DNA of 64,000 nt from Octopus sinensis (GCF_006345805.1 NC_043004.1:83948001-84012000); one strand, 5' to 3'; shown: positions 24,749 through 37,912, counted from the stretch's first letter. Notes: generated by a model from the letters alone, not told the origin. Translations and numbers: made by a program.

Positions 24749-25737
24749 ATATAATATATTAATAAATAAAATAAAAAATATGCATATATATAAACATATA
24801 TGTACGTACCTACCTCTACATGTACATATACACGCATATATGAGTACAGGACACCAAAAGGACGTCGAACACAATGAGAAACGAAAACAGACAGAAACCA
24901 TAGGAACTGGACATATATTTAAAAACAACAAAAAAATAATATAAAATACAGGACAATTAACACAAAGAAAAAAACCCTTCTTCAGTCGCTAAAGGTTTCA
25001 TCTACTCTACGTTTCGAAGGATAAAAGCGAGACGTATCTTCGACAAGAAAACTTTCCTTCCTGCGAAAAGCAAATCAATTAAAATTCTGAGATCTTTTCG
25101 CAGAGGGGTAAAAAATAGTAACAACAGGACAGTAACGATAGTGCAAATTGTAAACAGTAGAAGACAGGACAAGGAAAAACAAGATAAGAAGGGCTGTTGA
25201 CGCCGAACAAAAAAAAGTATTACAAACGCAGAATTTTTAGGGACGACGAGGAGGAAAAAGAGTGACGTCCATTGCTTAGAAAGAGCCAGGCGAGAGAGAC
25301 AGCAGCGGAAGTGACGTCGCAGGTGAACGACGGGAAGGCGAAAGTCACGTCGTGGGTGAACGACGGGAAGGGGGGAGGAGGAGCAAGAGAAAGGGAGAGA
25401 AGAAGGAGAATGGCTGCGAGGAAACCATGAAGAAAGGTGAGGGGGAGAGAGAGAGTGAAGAATGAGAGAGAGGAAGAGACAAGGTAAGTAGAGGAAAAGG
25501 AGAACAAAGAATGAAGGCTGAGAAAGGGATGGGACAGAAAGGTTAAGAGTGCGCGTGAGTGTTAATATCAAGAACAAAAACTTGATATAAAGAACAATCT
25601 TACTTCAGGGGGTGCGTGCGTTTCGTCATATAATATATTGATAAATAAAATAAAACATATGCATATATATAAACATATATGTACGTACCTACCTCTACAT
25701 GTACATATACACGCATATATGAGTACAGGACACCAAA
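24749..25737. mobile_element. Element bounded by a 110-bp direct repeat (period 879), probably a non-autonomous Penelope-like partial tandem
   Basis: 24749-24858 is almost identical to 25628-25737; the element lies between (TA)n tracts and has no credible ORF. The Penelope assignment is inference. Confidence 0.55.
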
Positions 25738-25827
25738 TATTTATACATATATACATATATGTATATATTCACACACACACACACACACATATATATGTAT
25801 GTGTATATACATACACATATATACATT

Positions 25828-25860
<33 letters not shown>

Positions 25861-26705
25861 TTGTGTGTGTGTATGTATGTGTGCCTGTTTACCCCATATC
25901 CACTTGACAATCAGTATTGCTGTCTTTACTCCTCCTCTAACATTAGCGGTTTGGCATAATATTGATAAATGATAATTATCTATTTCAATTTTATCACTCC
26001 CCATTGAAACTGAATTATTAAAATATTTTCGGGAACCAAATATTATTGCAAAATATCAAAAATAAATCTACCTATTTGTTTGTTTCCACCGTCGTTTTGT
26101 ATCTTCGTTATTTTGATCGTGCCTCTGTGAAGGAGGAAATCATTGACTCCTAACAACGCAGAAAGGGCTACATCCTATGATCCCATAACATCATTCATAG
26201 ACTAACGTATATAGAAACATGATACCTATGAGCGCAATTTCTTCCGAGAGTATTTGCGCAACGATAGTTCATTCCGCGTTCGAATACATACGAACATGTT
26301 AAAACTCTTTGCACATACATATTTTATCGAATGTCTCTCTATTCTATTTAATTAGTTGCAATTGATAAATAAATATGCACGTCAACAAGGCAAATATTTA
26401 CTCTTCTTACATAACAGTACCTTGGTCCTGATAGCAACGCAAAAGATAAATTTGACTTTCGTGGTGGATGTCGAGAAATACAGAAAAACAAAAGCGCCTT
26501 AGATGCGATGACGTTCATAGCCCAAGATTTAAAATTTTCTTAATACACGTTGAATATAAAAGAAACTGCTCTGCAGCGAAAAGGCATTGCACATGCATAG
26601 ACTTTATTCAAATCTCTCAAGCATACACACATACATATATGCATAGACGCATGCTTTTTTTGTACCCATATCTAACACTATTCATATATATATATATATA
26701 TATAT

Positions 26706-27366
26706 TTAATTAAGCTGGTTTGCCATTAAAAACACCGAAACAATGCATTGTCTAAAGATGAATTAGGGTAAATGTTTTTTAAATTTTCCTTTAATTTTTG
26801 AATTACTACCACTTGGCGGTTTGAGTCCTGGCTGCTCTTTCTAGTGGGTCGAATGGCCTATTAACGCCATTCCTCAATTGTTGTTGAATTTATATATATA
26901 GTTTATGACTATTTTCTCTTTCTCACTAGACCGCTGGTGGCGATAAATTTCTATTGAATTTTTTGCTACCCTATATTGATTAATTGATGGTTTTCTGACT
27001 AATTCTGAAATTGAATCAACAGTTTATATTTACTGCTGATAAGTTGGCGCGAGTACGATGGTTTTGAAAATTTTAGGGCAGATATTCCTAGGGCATAGAT
27101 ACAGCTGCCTCGTGTATATCTGTCTCTCCTGGCTTCTTTACCGATGAGGTGTAGCCTTTGGTGGATTGACTTAATTTAATATAATTAAGCTGGTTTGCCA
27201 TTAAAAACACTGAAACAATGCATTGTCTAAAGATGAATTAGGGTAAATGTTTTAAAATTTTCCTTTAATTTCTGAATTACTACTACTTGGCGGTTTGAGT
27301 CCTGGCTGCTCTTTCTAGTGGGTCGAATGGCCAATTAAGGCCATTCCTCACTTGTTGTTGAATTTA
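26706..27366 (+). mobile_element. Diverged retrozyme-like subfamily, 475-bp unit, about 1.4 tandem copies
   Basis: gaaacaatgcattgtc occurs at 26737 and 27212 (period 475). Collinear with the 488-bp unit (ctagtggg.gaatggcc, ccgctggtggc, ccctatattgattaatt, ttggcgcgagt.cgatg, cagatatt). Confidence 0.88.
27135..27233 (+). ncRNA. Type I hammerhead of the diverged subfamily (U4C core variant in this copy)
   Basis: UCUUUA-CCGAUGA-GGUGU...ACACU-GAAA-CAAUGCAUUG-UC^UAAAGA. The 3' half is repeated at 26732-26758 with ACACC. Confidence 0.82.
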
Positions 27367-27453
27367 TATATATATATAAATCCTTAAATCCTTAAAAATG
27401 TTTTAGCCCGAAGGCCGCGGCCATGCTGGGGCACCACCGCTGAATGAGCCACA

Positions 27454-30400
27454 CTAGTTTGTGAATCCACCTCTGATACGTGGCACTTGATCAACAAGGG
27501 AGTTCGATGCTGCTGCCCGCATCCGTGTCTCCTGTCGTGAGGTAGGTTCATCTGGGACTCCCAACAAGAAGGGATCCAGTTTAGTTTTAAAGAAACCCAC
27601 ATCCACACCATGTAAGTCTCTCAGGCATTTAGGGAGGATGTTGAAAAGCTGTGGTCCTCTGAAACCCAAGCTGTTGCAGTATCTGGACCTGTATTTTGAT
27701 GGTGATGTTGGAATCCTTGGCACCACGCAGCGGCGCCCCGTTCTGCGGTTGGAGTAACTTTGAAATTCCAAAGTTTGGGATAAGACCCTCCAGGATTTTC
27801 CAGATGTATATTACTGCATATCTCTCCCGCCTCCGCTCCAGGGAGAAGAGGTTTAATACCTTCAGTCTTTCCCAGTAGCTGACATTTTGCATTGAGACGA
27901 TTTTCTTTGTGTAGCTTCTCTGAGTTGCTTCGAGTTCTGCCGTTTGTTTTATATTGTGTGGTGACCAAAGTTGGGAGCAGTAGTCCAAGCGGCTGAGGAC
28001 AAATGTTTTCCATAGGACCATCAGTGTCTCCTTCTCTCTTGTTCTGAAAGTTCGGAGAATCCATCCAGCTAGCCGTCTGCATTTTATCACCAGATTAGCA
28101 ATATGCATTTGGAAAGATGCATCATTGCTCATGTCAATGCCCAGGTCACGCACTGATTTTGACTCAGGGATTGCAATTCTTCCTGGGCCAGTGTATCCAG
28201 TCTTCACGTCATTTACCTTTGTGTGCCAGTAGCGCAGGGCCTGGAACTTACCTGCATTAAACTGCATGTTGTTGTCCTCAGCCCACCTGTATATTGTGTC
28301 CAGCTCATGTTGCAGATGCGCAATATTTTCAGGGTTCTGTATTGCGTGGGAGACCTTTGTGTCATCTGCATAGCTAGCAAGGGTGGTCATCGTAGCAACT
28401 GAAGGCATGTCTGAAAGGGCCACTATGAACATCAGTGGCCCCAAGACAGTGCCCTGTGGGACACCGCTTGTTATTTGCGTTTCCCTGGAGGTGGCTCCAT
28501 TGCTCACAACTGCCTGTTTTCTGTCTTTTAGGAAGTTGTGCAGCCACTCTCCAAGTTTCCCGCCTATGCCGAGACCACGCAGTTTATGACAGATCATACC
28601 ATGGTCGACTTTATCAAAGGCTTTTGCAAAGTCAAGATATATTACATCCACATTTGAGCCATTTAGTAGCTGTTTCAACACCCAGTCATAGTGCTGCAGG
28701 AGCTGTGTTAGGCAGCCTCTACCTGGTCGAAATCCATGCTGGGTGTCAGACAGTAAGTCATTTTCTTCAAGGAACATGATTAGTTTCTTACGGACTATTC
28801 GTTCCATGACTTTGCTGATGTGTGAGGTCAGAGAGATAGGCCTATAATTTTTAGCATCTGCTCTGCTACCTCCCTTATGGATAGGGCATATTACCCCCTC
28901 TTTCAGTTTGACTGGGAGCTTACCACTTGCAAGAAAGCTCTGAAAAAGAAGCTGTAGCGGTTTTGCAAGCGCTCGTTTGCACGATTTGAGAAGGATCGCT
29001 GGGAATCCATCAGGTCCAGCAGCTGACTTTGTGTCAATCTCATCAATGGCTAGTGTGATATCATCTTCTTCGATGTTGATGTACTCAATTTTTGTCTCTT
29101 TGGCCGCTGGTAAAGTGGCAAAGAATTCTTCTGGGTTGTTTACTTGCCTGTGTCCTAGAGGTGTAGTGAACACACTTTGGAACTGTTCGTTCAGTATTTC
29201 ACTTATCCTCGTGGGATTTCCTGTGAGAGAGCCATCTTTTTGGAAGAGAGGTCCTATTCTCTGGTGCACTGTGGCTGTCTCTTTGGCAAACTTAAAGAAA
29301 GCTTTAGGGTTTGATTTTATATTTTCTATTACCCAAGCTTCTTTATCTGCTCTCTCCTTTTCATGGGACTGATGTAGACTTTTCTCAGTTTCCATTAGCA
29401 TTCTTTCGAGCCGAGACTTCTCACCACTTTTGGTGTGCTTGCTCAGGCGGTTTGCAATCCTTGTCCGTCGTCTCATAAGAATCCTCCTTTCTCTAGGGAT
29501 CCTGTTTTTATTCTTGTGTGTGCTGGCCCTGCACATTGGGACATATTTGTCACATATGGCTTGTATTATGGACATGAAGTGTTTGTGTTTCATGTTTATG
29601 TCCGGTGTGGAGAGACATTCAGGCCAATCCTGTTTGAGGATCTCTTTCTCAATCGACTTCCAGTTGGCTTTATGAAAGTTTAAGTTGGAGAGATGGTGGG
29701 TGCTTCGTATAGGCTGTGTGTCTGCGGGGGCTTTTGTTCCATACATAGACAGCTCTATTATGTTGTGATCCGAGATCATTGTCGGCATCACATTAACATT
29801 ATGGATAATATCCATATTGTTTGTAAAGCAGAGATCCAGTATATTATCTGCCCTTGTTGGTTGCAGAACTATTTGCTCCATGAAAGAGGTATTTGTGAGA
29901 TGGAGCAGGGACTCCACCTGTGCCTGCTGATGGTGTGTCATCCCTGGGAGCATCTGCCCCCCAGGCCATTCCACATTGGGGAGGTTAAAGTCACCCATGA
30001 AGAATACACTGTTGTGCTGTTCAAGGTTGGTGAGGACTTCTCCTATTTTTGTTAGGCAGTCTTCAAACATGCCTGAGTGTTTTGGGGCGTCTGGTGGGCG
30101 ATATGTAGTGCATATGACGATATTCAGTTGTCTTATGTGTACAATTTGAGTTTCACATACTGAGTTTGAATATGACAGCAGGACCTGGGGCGTGAGGTCA
30201 TCTCGGATGTACATTGCAACTCCACCATGGCTCCTCCCTTTTCTATCTGTGCGTATGACTGCATATTGCGGCATGTGTATTTCTGCATCACCTATATCGG
30301 GTTCAAGATGCGTTTCTGTGAGTGCCATGCATATAGCTTGATTGCATGTCACAAGGTCTCTCAGGAATGAAATTTTCTTTTTACAGTTTCCGCGCAGCAG

Positions 30401-30466
30401 CCCTCCTACATTCAGTAGAAATATTTTTGTGGTGTGTGTGTTGGTGTTGGTGTCTGTGGTGGCCAT
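27454..30466 (-). CDS. LINE ORF2, AP endonuclease plus reverse transcriptase; one frameshift near 27765
   Basis: APE motifs LNVGGL, LTETHL, TYRPP, GDFNLP, LDLCF, SDHN. RT motifs YRPISLTS, QHGFR, YLDFAKAFDKV, GVPQGTVLGP, YADDTK. The natural C-terminus (...QLFNILP...FKTKLD.FL..VPDEP) is in the 27454-27771 frame. ATG at 30466. Confidence 0.93.
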
Positions 30467-30936
30467 CCTGCATCTGTTGGAGGTGGCCTTATGTGGTGGT
30501 AGTTCCAGCTTTGTGCTTGTAGCCAGGTCAGCTGCTGAACAATTTTTTGTGCCATGCACAAAAAAGACTGCTGTTCAGCTGCCGCCTTTCTCACATCTGG
30601 GTGAAGCTGGCCACCTGTTGGGTTTCCGCGCACCACATCTGCATACCGTCTTTCAGTAGTGGTCAGTGCGCTTTTTTCCCTTCTTTTAACTTTTTGTTTT
30701 TGTTTTTGTTCTCCCTGAGGGAGGGACCTCTGTCTCGCGTCCGTGCGGTTTTGGTAGGGCCTCCGATGTGCAAAGCGACAGTTTGCACCTTCAACGCCGT
30801 ACCAGCAGTCCCCCCTCAGGTAGAATTTGCAGGTGTTTCTTTCCCTGCCCTTACAGTTTTTGCTGGGGTCCCTCTGCTTTCTCTGGACAGGGCTTCCTTT
30901 AGCATTGATTCTGTCACCCTTTCTGTCACATTCTGT

Positions 30937-30938
<2 letters not shown>
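30412..30938 (-). CDS. C-terminal part of LINE ORF1 with a CCCH zinc finger, 5'-truncated
   Basis: [22 protein letters not shown] (C-x7-C-x8-C-x3-H) at 30766-30831; basic; overlaps the ORF2 start. Upstream sequence is (TA)n. Confidence 0.8.
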
Positions 30939-31034
<96 letters not shown>

Positions 31035-32811
31035 GTGTGTGTGTGTGTGTGCATAAGCAATAATTATTACGATAAACAACTGATTGCAATTCGATTCTAG
31101 CCAAGCTGGTTGAGCGGGCCTGACCAAAGCTACACAGAAAATTATGCCCGGTTGCATATGCAAGTCTCCATATTCTATGCAATGGAAACACGTGCAGGGT
31201 GTCGTAACAATAAAAATATGCTATATGTTATTGTAAAATAAAAAGGAAATAAAATTTGAGGATGTACCAGACTACATGTTCTCTTTCGTTATAATTATTG
31301 CTTAAATATATATCATAGGCAGTTAAGGTAAATAATCTTATAAAATGAAAAGCATTAAAAATAAGAATTATGGAAGTATTATTTGCTGAATTGTTAAATA
31401 ATAAAACTGGAAAATGGGAAATATTTTTCTATACTTTATACACATGAATACACACTTATGCATGCAAACATATAAAGGAACGTGAAAAGCAAGTTTCTTA
31501 TCTTCAAGGATTATTTTATATCATATTCCACTGCAGAATATTTAAAAGGACTTATCTAACCGGGCGGCACAAATGAATGATTTTCTTTGACTATTTTCAG
31601 TTACGGGCATGGTGTGTAATCCTAACATTTTATAGCAATCAAAATAACTTTGATTCCGTATGATTTGAAACACACACTTTCGCTTATATCTCGTATGTTA
31701 TATGTTTATTATATTTTTTATCATTATTGCTATAAATATTTAGATATCATTTTTGTCGTAAGTATCGTTTCTGATGCTTTACATCAAAAAATATCCTCGC
31801 CAATATTTTATAAAACATAAGAAATTTTTTCCATCTTCAGCAACATAAGCAATCACTTTCTTTATTTCAGTTTTATTCCTTTAACTTCATTTGATTTTTG
31901 TTCGTCTTGTTATTGCATCTGCCTTCGAACGTGTTTCTTTAGTTCGTTTTATTATTTTCGCTATCTCTCCTATTCCTATTGATGTTTGTTGACAAGAGTT
32001 TCACATTGTGAAAATGTGTATATCTTGTCATATTATGAAAATGAATATAAGTTTGTCTACTCTCTACGTATTTCACTAAATCACGACGAAACAATTATAT
32101 CACGGTCTCTTACAAATATATATCTAACTATTTTCTCTATATTATATATCGCTTTATCTCCCAAACACGATGTCTTTCATTGTCCTTTTTTCTGTTTGAA
32201 GGTAACTGAGTCCGTCAATAAACAGCATTTTTTTTTTAGTTTTTCATTCTATCCAACGCAATGTATTTTCCCAATCTATCTGTCTGTGTGTCAGTATTTC
32301 CACCTCCCTTCTGTACCTCAGCCTGTATATCTATCAGTGATTCCGTCTTCCATCTTGTCATTTCTACTTAGAGTTGCTTTTTTGTCTGTCAGCCTCTTGA
32401 TAGATCTGTATATTGTTGCAAAACTTTTTATTTTACGTTTCTCTTTGAATACTCTGCTGTTTATCTACAAGTCTGAACTGATTGTCATTTGTTGACGTCT
32501 TCATTCCTCTCTGCAACTCTATCGTAGTGTCTATATTTCACTTTCAAATATACCTTGTCGACTATATATTTATGTGTCAATATTACCGGAATGTTTGAGT
32601 TTTTTTTCCTATCCATCCATATGATATTATATACTACATTGCCTCCATTATGTTTCTATATCGTTTCTAATTTACATTTTATTTGTTTTGAGCCTATACA
32701 CATATATATCTGTTTGTACTTAAATCCGTCTGATATTCCTGTTCTATGATTTATCTGCTTTGTTTTTTTCTCATTAAGTGTGCGAATTGGGTTTGTGAGT
32801 TCCTATAAGAG

Positions 32812-33085
32812 CACCGTGTTGGCTGTACGGTTCGTACCTTGTTTTTTAACCACATGGTTTTGTGTTCGGTACCAATGAGTAGCATACTGGCCGGTCGAGT
32901 AATACTATAGTGCCAGGCCGACCCCGTTATTGTAAAGAGATTTAGGCGACGGAAACTGCATTTGCATATACATTGTATATATATAGGTGCTTGGCAGCTT
33001 GGGCAAGTGTCTTCTGCTATAGTCTCGAGCTGACCATAGCCTTGTTAGTGGATTCGGTTGACAGAAAGAGAAAGGAACCCGGCAG
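32812..33085 (+). mobile_element. Two degenerate 5' fragments of the family A SINE
   Basis: aaccacatggtt...actatag...ggccgacc...gacggaaactg, then ttgggcaagtgtcttctgctatag...gtggatt. Confidence 0.6.
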
Positions 33086-33344
33086 GTATATATATATATT
33101 TATATATCACCGTGACCAACCAGGCTATCAGATGTTGCTACATATTGCTGGTGACAATGCTCTTTGCATTGTTTTAGCCTTCAAATGACGCCACCCCGCT
33201 GGCTAAGCGAGTAGGCCAATATATATATATGTATGTATGCATTTATGTGTGTATGTATATATGTATATATGCATGTATGTGCGTATGTTCATATGTATGC
33301 ATCCATGCAAGCATGTATGCATGTATTCTCATGCATATAGTTGC

Positions 33345-34260
33345 ATATCTAGACATCATTTGTAGTTTAGAAAAAACATCTGGAACGTTTTACAGATTTT
33401 TACAGTTCCAGTTATGGAACTGTACTCTTCGAATTAGTTTTCTCCTTTCTGGTTTTCATTTAGGCAGTGTGTTACATAGGGCCCAAAAAATTACAGACAT
33501 AAACCTGAACTTACATCTGGATTGAGTAACAGCAAATTTCGCAGTAGTTCAGCATAGGTGTTCTCTTTTTCATTGATGTTCAGCTTTATGCTAACATCCG
33601 CTGGGCAGCTAATTCCACAACTGTGCACAGTTTCTCTTTATCCTCAATCATTATATTTAGTCTTTTGTGCTTACATTTTATTGAGATTTTCACTGGGGCA
33701 TTCCACCATTATTCATCTTTATTATGAGTGGCTTGTTATTTCTTCGTCCTCGGGATTATCCTTCCGACTGATTTCATTATAGAGTATCCAAGCTATAACA
33801 TTATGTCTCATTGTTTGAGCATACCTATTTCTTCACTACACACAAGGGGCTAAATACAGAGAGGACAAACAAGGACAGACAAACGGATTAAGTCGATTAT
33901 ATCGACCCGAGTGTGTAACTGGTACTTATTTAATCGACCCGGAAGGGATGAAAGGCAAAGTCGACCTCGGCGGAATTTGAACTCTGAACGTAGTGGCAGA
34001 CGAAATACCGCTAAGCATTTCGCCCGGCGTGCTAACGATTCTGCCAGCTCGCCGCCTTGTCAGAGATTGCCATGCTGGCATTTTCGGACTGGTGATTAAG
34101 ATGTGGGTGATATCTTCAATGTGAACTCCACAAATTCTGCAACGGTTGTCACATTTTAGTGCATTTCCTGTATCTCTTTCCCGTTTGTGCATCAGGTACT
34201 TGGTCGATATTACCTGTTCCTGGATTGCAAATGCATACCCTTCAGAGTTGAAGGTAGTGA
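33345..34260 (-). mobile_element. Decayed R4/Dong-like LINE 3' fragment interrupted by a SINE
   Basis: FAIQEQVI, CRICGVHIEDITHIL, RHNVIA after the SINE, EWWN.P, VE.SCP.DV. Confidence 0.8.
33826..34056 (-). mobile_element. Young, full-length family B SINE nested in the LINE
   Basis: Minus strand: ggcggcgagctggcagaatcgttagcacgccgggcgaaatgcttagcgg...gagttcaaattcc...aagaaata. Confidence 0.92.
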
Positions 34261-34479
34261 TCCAGCTACTGGTCCATTATAAACTGCTTTGATGATCGAT
34301 GTTTTTATTATCACGGAATTTTCTACTAAAATATTAATGCATAGTCGAAGCGAGAAGTCGCGTATTTGGCGTGGGCGTCTATTTATCGAAAATATCCGAC
34401 TATCAGACTTTTTATATAACTGGTTAATCTTCAGATTGATTAACTGAGGGAGCCTTTTATTCAAGGTCTTAGAGATTTT

Positions 34480-36075
34480 CGACTGGCACTTGGAGTTAGC
34501 ATGCAGAGAGCTACTACAAACAACATGCTTGGACACAACATCAACAACCACACAATCGAGGAACAAAACAAAAACAACAGCTCAACAGGTAAACAAATTC
34601 TTTCTAGTTGTATTTATAGAAGAAATCGTAACTACAATCTCATTTCTCTTGCAGTTATGGTTTACAAAATGTTCTATTTACCTGCAACAACAAACGTAAC
34701 AAAACCCTGCTGTTTGCTATATGAATCGATTGAAATCATTTTGGGACGATCTGCATCTAGAATTAAATCATGTTACTGCGAAGCATCTACGCCAAAACAC
34801 AACATTTGTAGAACATAGGAAAAAGGTTAGTGACTGACTTGATTAAAAATCGAATATTAACCTTCTTCCCAACTCTATAAACCAAAACGAAAGCGTGAAT
34901 GATATCATATCAACACGTGGTTTCGAAGCTAGCAACGTTCCAACAGATTCCATAGTGCCTGCCAGCCAAACTAGCTTCTCAAGTAACTGACTACTGTCCC
35001 TCTACTACGACTATGGTAAGTATCTGACACAACTACAGCAATTATTGCAGTAGTAGTGGTAAAAGAGTAATGTTTGATATCCAAAATGTAAACAAAACCG
35101 AAATAACCAGGATGTACCATCATGGGTTTTTAATACAAAGAAAATGATAACTGGTTTACAGAAGTCCATCAGTCATGTAATCATACTTATTGTATCCAAA
35201 GTAGCAAATCGCTATACATCTCACTAACAGAAAATAATGGTGATAGGAGTGATGTTTGGAGACAGCAAAAAGGGGACGCCCACTTGCAAACTGGTTACCC
35301 TCAAGCAGGAGCTAAAATCTGTCAGTGAAAAATTCGGAAATGAGAAGTGAATAACCGAGAAAAGAACATTAGACAAAAAATTTGACTGCAAATTGGGAGC
35401 ATTATACAAAAACATGAGAGGAGAAACAGTAAACGTCACGGAAGCTCCTTCACGAGAAGACATAGACTCCTTCTGCTTTGTGGCTGGAAGAAACACGGAA
35501 AATTTATTGCTCCTGCGTTACATCTAAAACATACATGGTGAAATTCTTGCAACTGTAATCCAGAAACTCCAGGATGGAAAAGCACCTGGAAGAAACTTGA
35601 TTGTTGGATATTGGTACAAAAAGCTAACGTTATAGCGAATATGTCTTAGCAGTCTGTACCATCGAGCTCTCATTCGGAACAGTATCATACAACACTGGTT
35701 AGCTCTGGCAGAGACAAAATTGATCCCCAAATGCAAAACCACTAACGAGGCAAAAAACAACCGGTGAATTGCATGCCAGAACTTAATGTATAAAATAGAT
35801 ACAGCATATTTAACCCTCTTCCTCCAGGACCATTGTGAAACCAATAGCATTATCTCAGCAGAACAAGCATCTGGGAAGAAGGAAATCTGGGTATATACCG
35901 AGCAATTGTTAATCAACAAAACTGTGATGTCAGAGGTGCGAGATCATAGGAGGAACCTAGTTTCAATGTAGCTAGACTACAAGAAAGCCATTGACTCTGT
36001 TCCTCTCGCATGGATGCTAGAAGCCAATCAAGTTGCTAAAGTTCCAGGGCGTATAGTATAGGCAAAGCCATAACT
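34480..36075 (+). mobile_element. Decayed R4/Dong-like LINE, N-terminal and RT region
   Basis: KAPG..LIVGYWYKKL, TKLIPK, MYKI.T, EQ.SGKK..W...EQLLINK, LDYKKA.DSVP, with many stops. The 5' boundary is approximate. Confidence 0.8.
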
Positions 36076-37261
36076 TACCTAATTTCACCGTGGGCGACCA
36101 TCTTGAAATTAAACGCTCTCGAATCTTAGCGCTTCTGTTGGCGCTACCATTTCGGACTATGGAAGTTGATGCAATCGGCTTACCGACCCAATACAATTGC
36201 TGGCCTTCAGCATAAGCTACGATTGTCTTTTCTTTGTTACGATATAAGAGTAAATGATCTGTAATGGAATGGCAAATAGTCTGAAAATGCTCAGTATTAA
36301 CAACAATCATTCTGATCTGAGAGACAACATACACACACACACACACACACACATACACACACAAACACAAACACACACACACATACACACTCACACACAT
36401 ACACACAAACAAACACACACACACGCACACGCACATACACACACACACATATATATATGTATATATATATATATAACAATGTAGCAAGACACGTCTCAAA
36501 TATCGTTCTCACCACACATATCATTAATTCCAGTTAAAATACTTAATGTAGAAGGTCCCGAGAAAATGTAATAAATACATAAAGGATTATTATATCTGAT
36601 TGCATTTCGGCTAGCCCCACGTTTGTGAGTTGTAACGCAACACATATATATATATATATATAAAAGAAATGAAGGAAAACGCACACATCTTACATAGTTT
36701 TAATATATCTTTTAATATAATGTGTATTGTGTTTGTCGTCCGATTTCGTATTCGCTAGACATGATATTGAACTTATTTTAATTTCGAATTTTCTTAAGAA
36801 TATGTTATTCCATGTTTTCTGTGGAGAATTTTATGAACGAATTATTCGATACCTACAACAATCTAAGTGCATGTAATTGGTCATCGTTATTATTGTGAAC
36901 AGAGGGTTAATTGTTCATCTTTCGGGGAGGGGGTAAATATGCACAAAAACATAAAAGCTGAACTTGGGATTAAAATATGTACGGTGATGGGTATGACATC
37001 ATGAATTAAAATACATACTGAGATTAAAGTTGGTTATGCGTTCATATTTTGACGCGTTCTGTATTTTTCGATGAACAACTTTTCTTTATTTAAACGTTCT
37101 TGTATAGAAATTGTTTCTTTTCACTGGTAGATGGGGAAAAGTGTTAAGTTTGGTTGGATAATACCTGAACATCTATCAATGCCTTCACTTAAAGGAATCA
37201 GTCTGTATTGTTGGAATCGGATCTGCTCCTTATGAAGTGTGCTTCTACATCTCAGGGTCAT

Positions 37262-37435
37262 ACTTGTCTGTCCTTCCCAAACTGTCGAATATGCTCCGAC
37301 TTACTAGAAGGCCTATTGAAATAAGGAGAGCGGTTCACAATGAAAGCCAACTTCAGTTGTGCTTCCGAGAATTTAATTTATGTTATAACTTGCTCAGATT
37401 GTGGTCATAACTATATAGGACAGACAAAAATGTCA
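37262..37435 (+). mobile_element. Penelope-like GIY-YIG endonuclease remnant
   Basis: C....NCRIC followed by FSCASENLIYVITCSDCGHNYIGQTK. Confidence 0.75.
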
Positions 37436-37769
37436 ATGTCATGATCAGTGTAAGCGAAACCGGTCGACAAACATAATACAACATATATAAAAAACATATT
37501 TAAAAATGTATTAAATCTATGAAAAGTGTGCGCATTTTCCTTCTTTTATGTGTGTGTGTTTCTATGTGCGTGTTGCATTTCAAGAAATGCCTCCCCATTT
37601 TACTTAAACAGACACTCCGAGGTTTATCTGGAATATGTGTTTCTCTATTCCTTGTATTATATAAATATAGTCAGTGCTAATTGTGGTTTTAAATATTGGC
37701 ACATGTATAGCTCTTTTACACGTGTAACCCTAACTCTAACCCTTTTCAAGGTGAGTGACAGTCGATTAT

Positions 37770-37912
37770 ATCAAAACCATATTTGTTTTAGTGACTCTGA
37801 AATGATGAAAGAACAAGTCGAGCTCGGTGGAATTGAAAGCAGAAGGTAATGGCGGGCGAAATACTATTAAGCACCATTTCGTTCGGCGTGCTAATGATTC
37901 TGCCAGCTCATC
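37770..37912 (-). mobile_element. Degenerate family B SINE
   Basis: cggcgtgctaatgattctgccagctc matches 34026-34050. Confidence 0.65.

Larger units (their letters stand above)
27376..30938 (-). mobile_element. Near-intact, 5'-truncated APE-RT LINE (CR1/L2 group) with a (TAAGGATT)n 3' tail
   Basis: ORF1 remnant, ORF2, short 3' UTR and tandem tail; flanked by (TA)n on both sides. Confidence 0.95.

Noticed and set aside
24960-25060. Penelope-type hammerhead on the minus strand
   Set aside because: The CUGAAGA and CGAAAC words are in the wrong order, or lack pairing stems.
25002-25577. 191-aa ORF in the direct-repeat element
   Set aside because: Derived from a purine/pyrimidine-biased low-complexity tract; no domain motifs.
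31986-32495. 169-aa hydrophobic ORF
   Set aside because: T-rich low-complexity sequence, non-ATG start and no motif.
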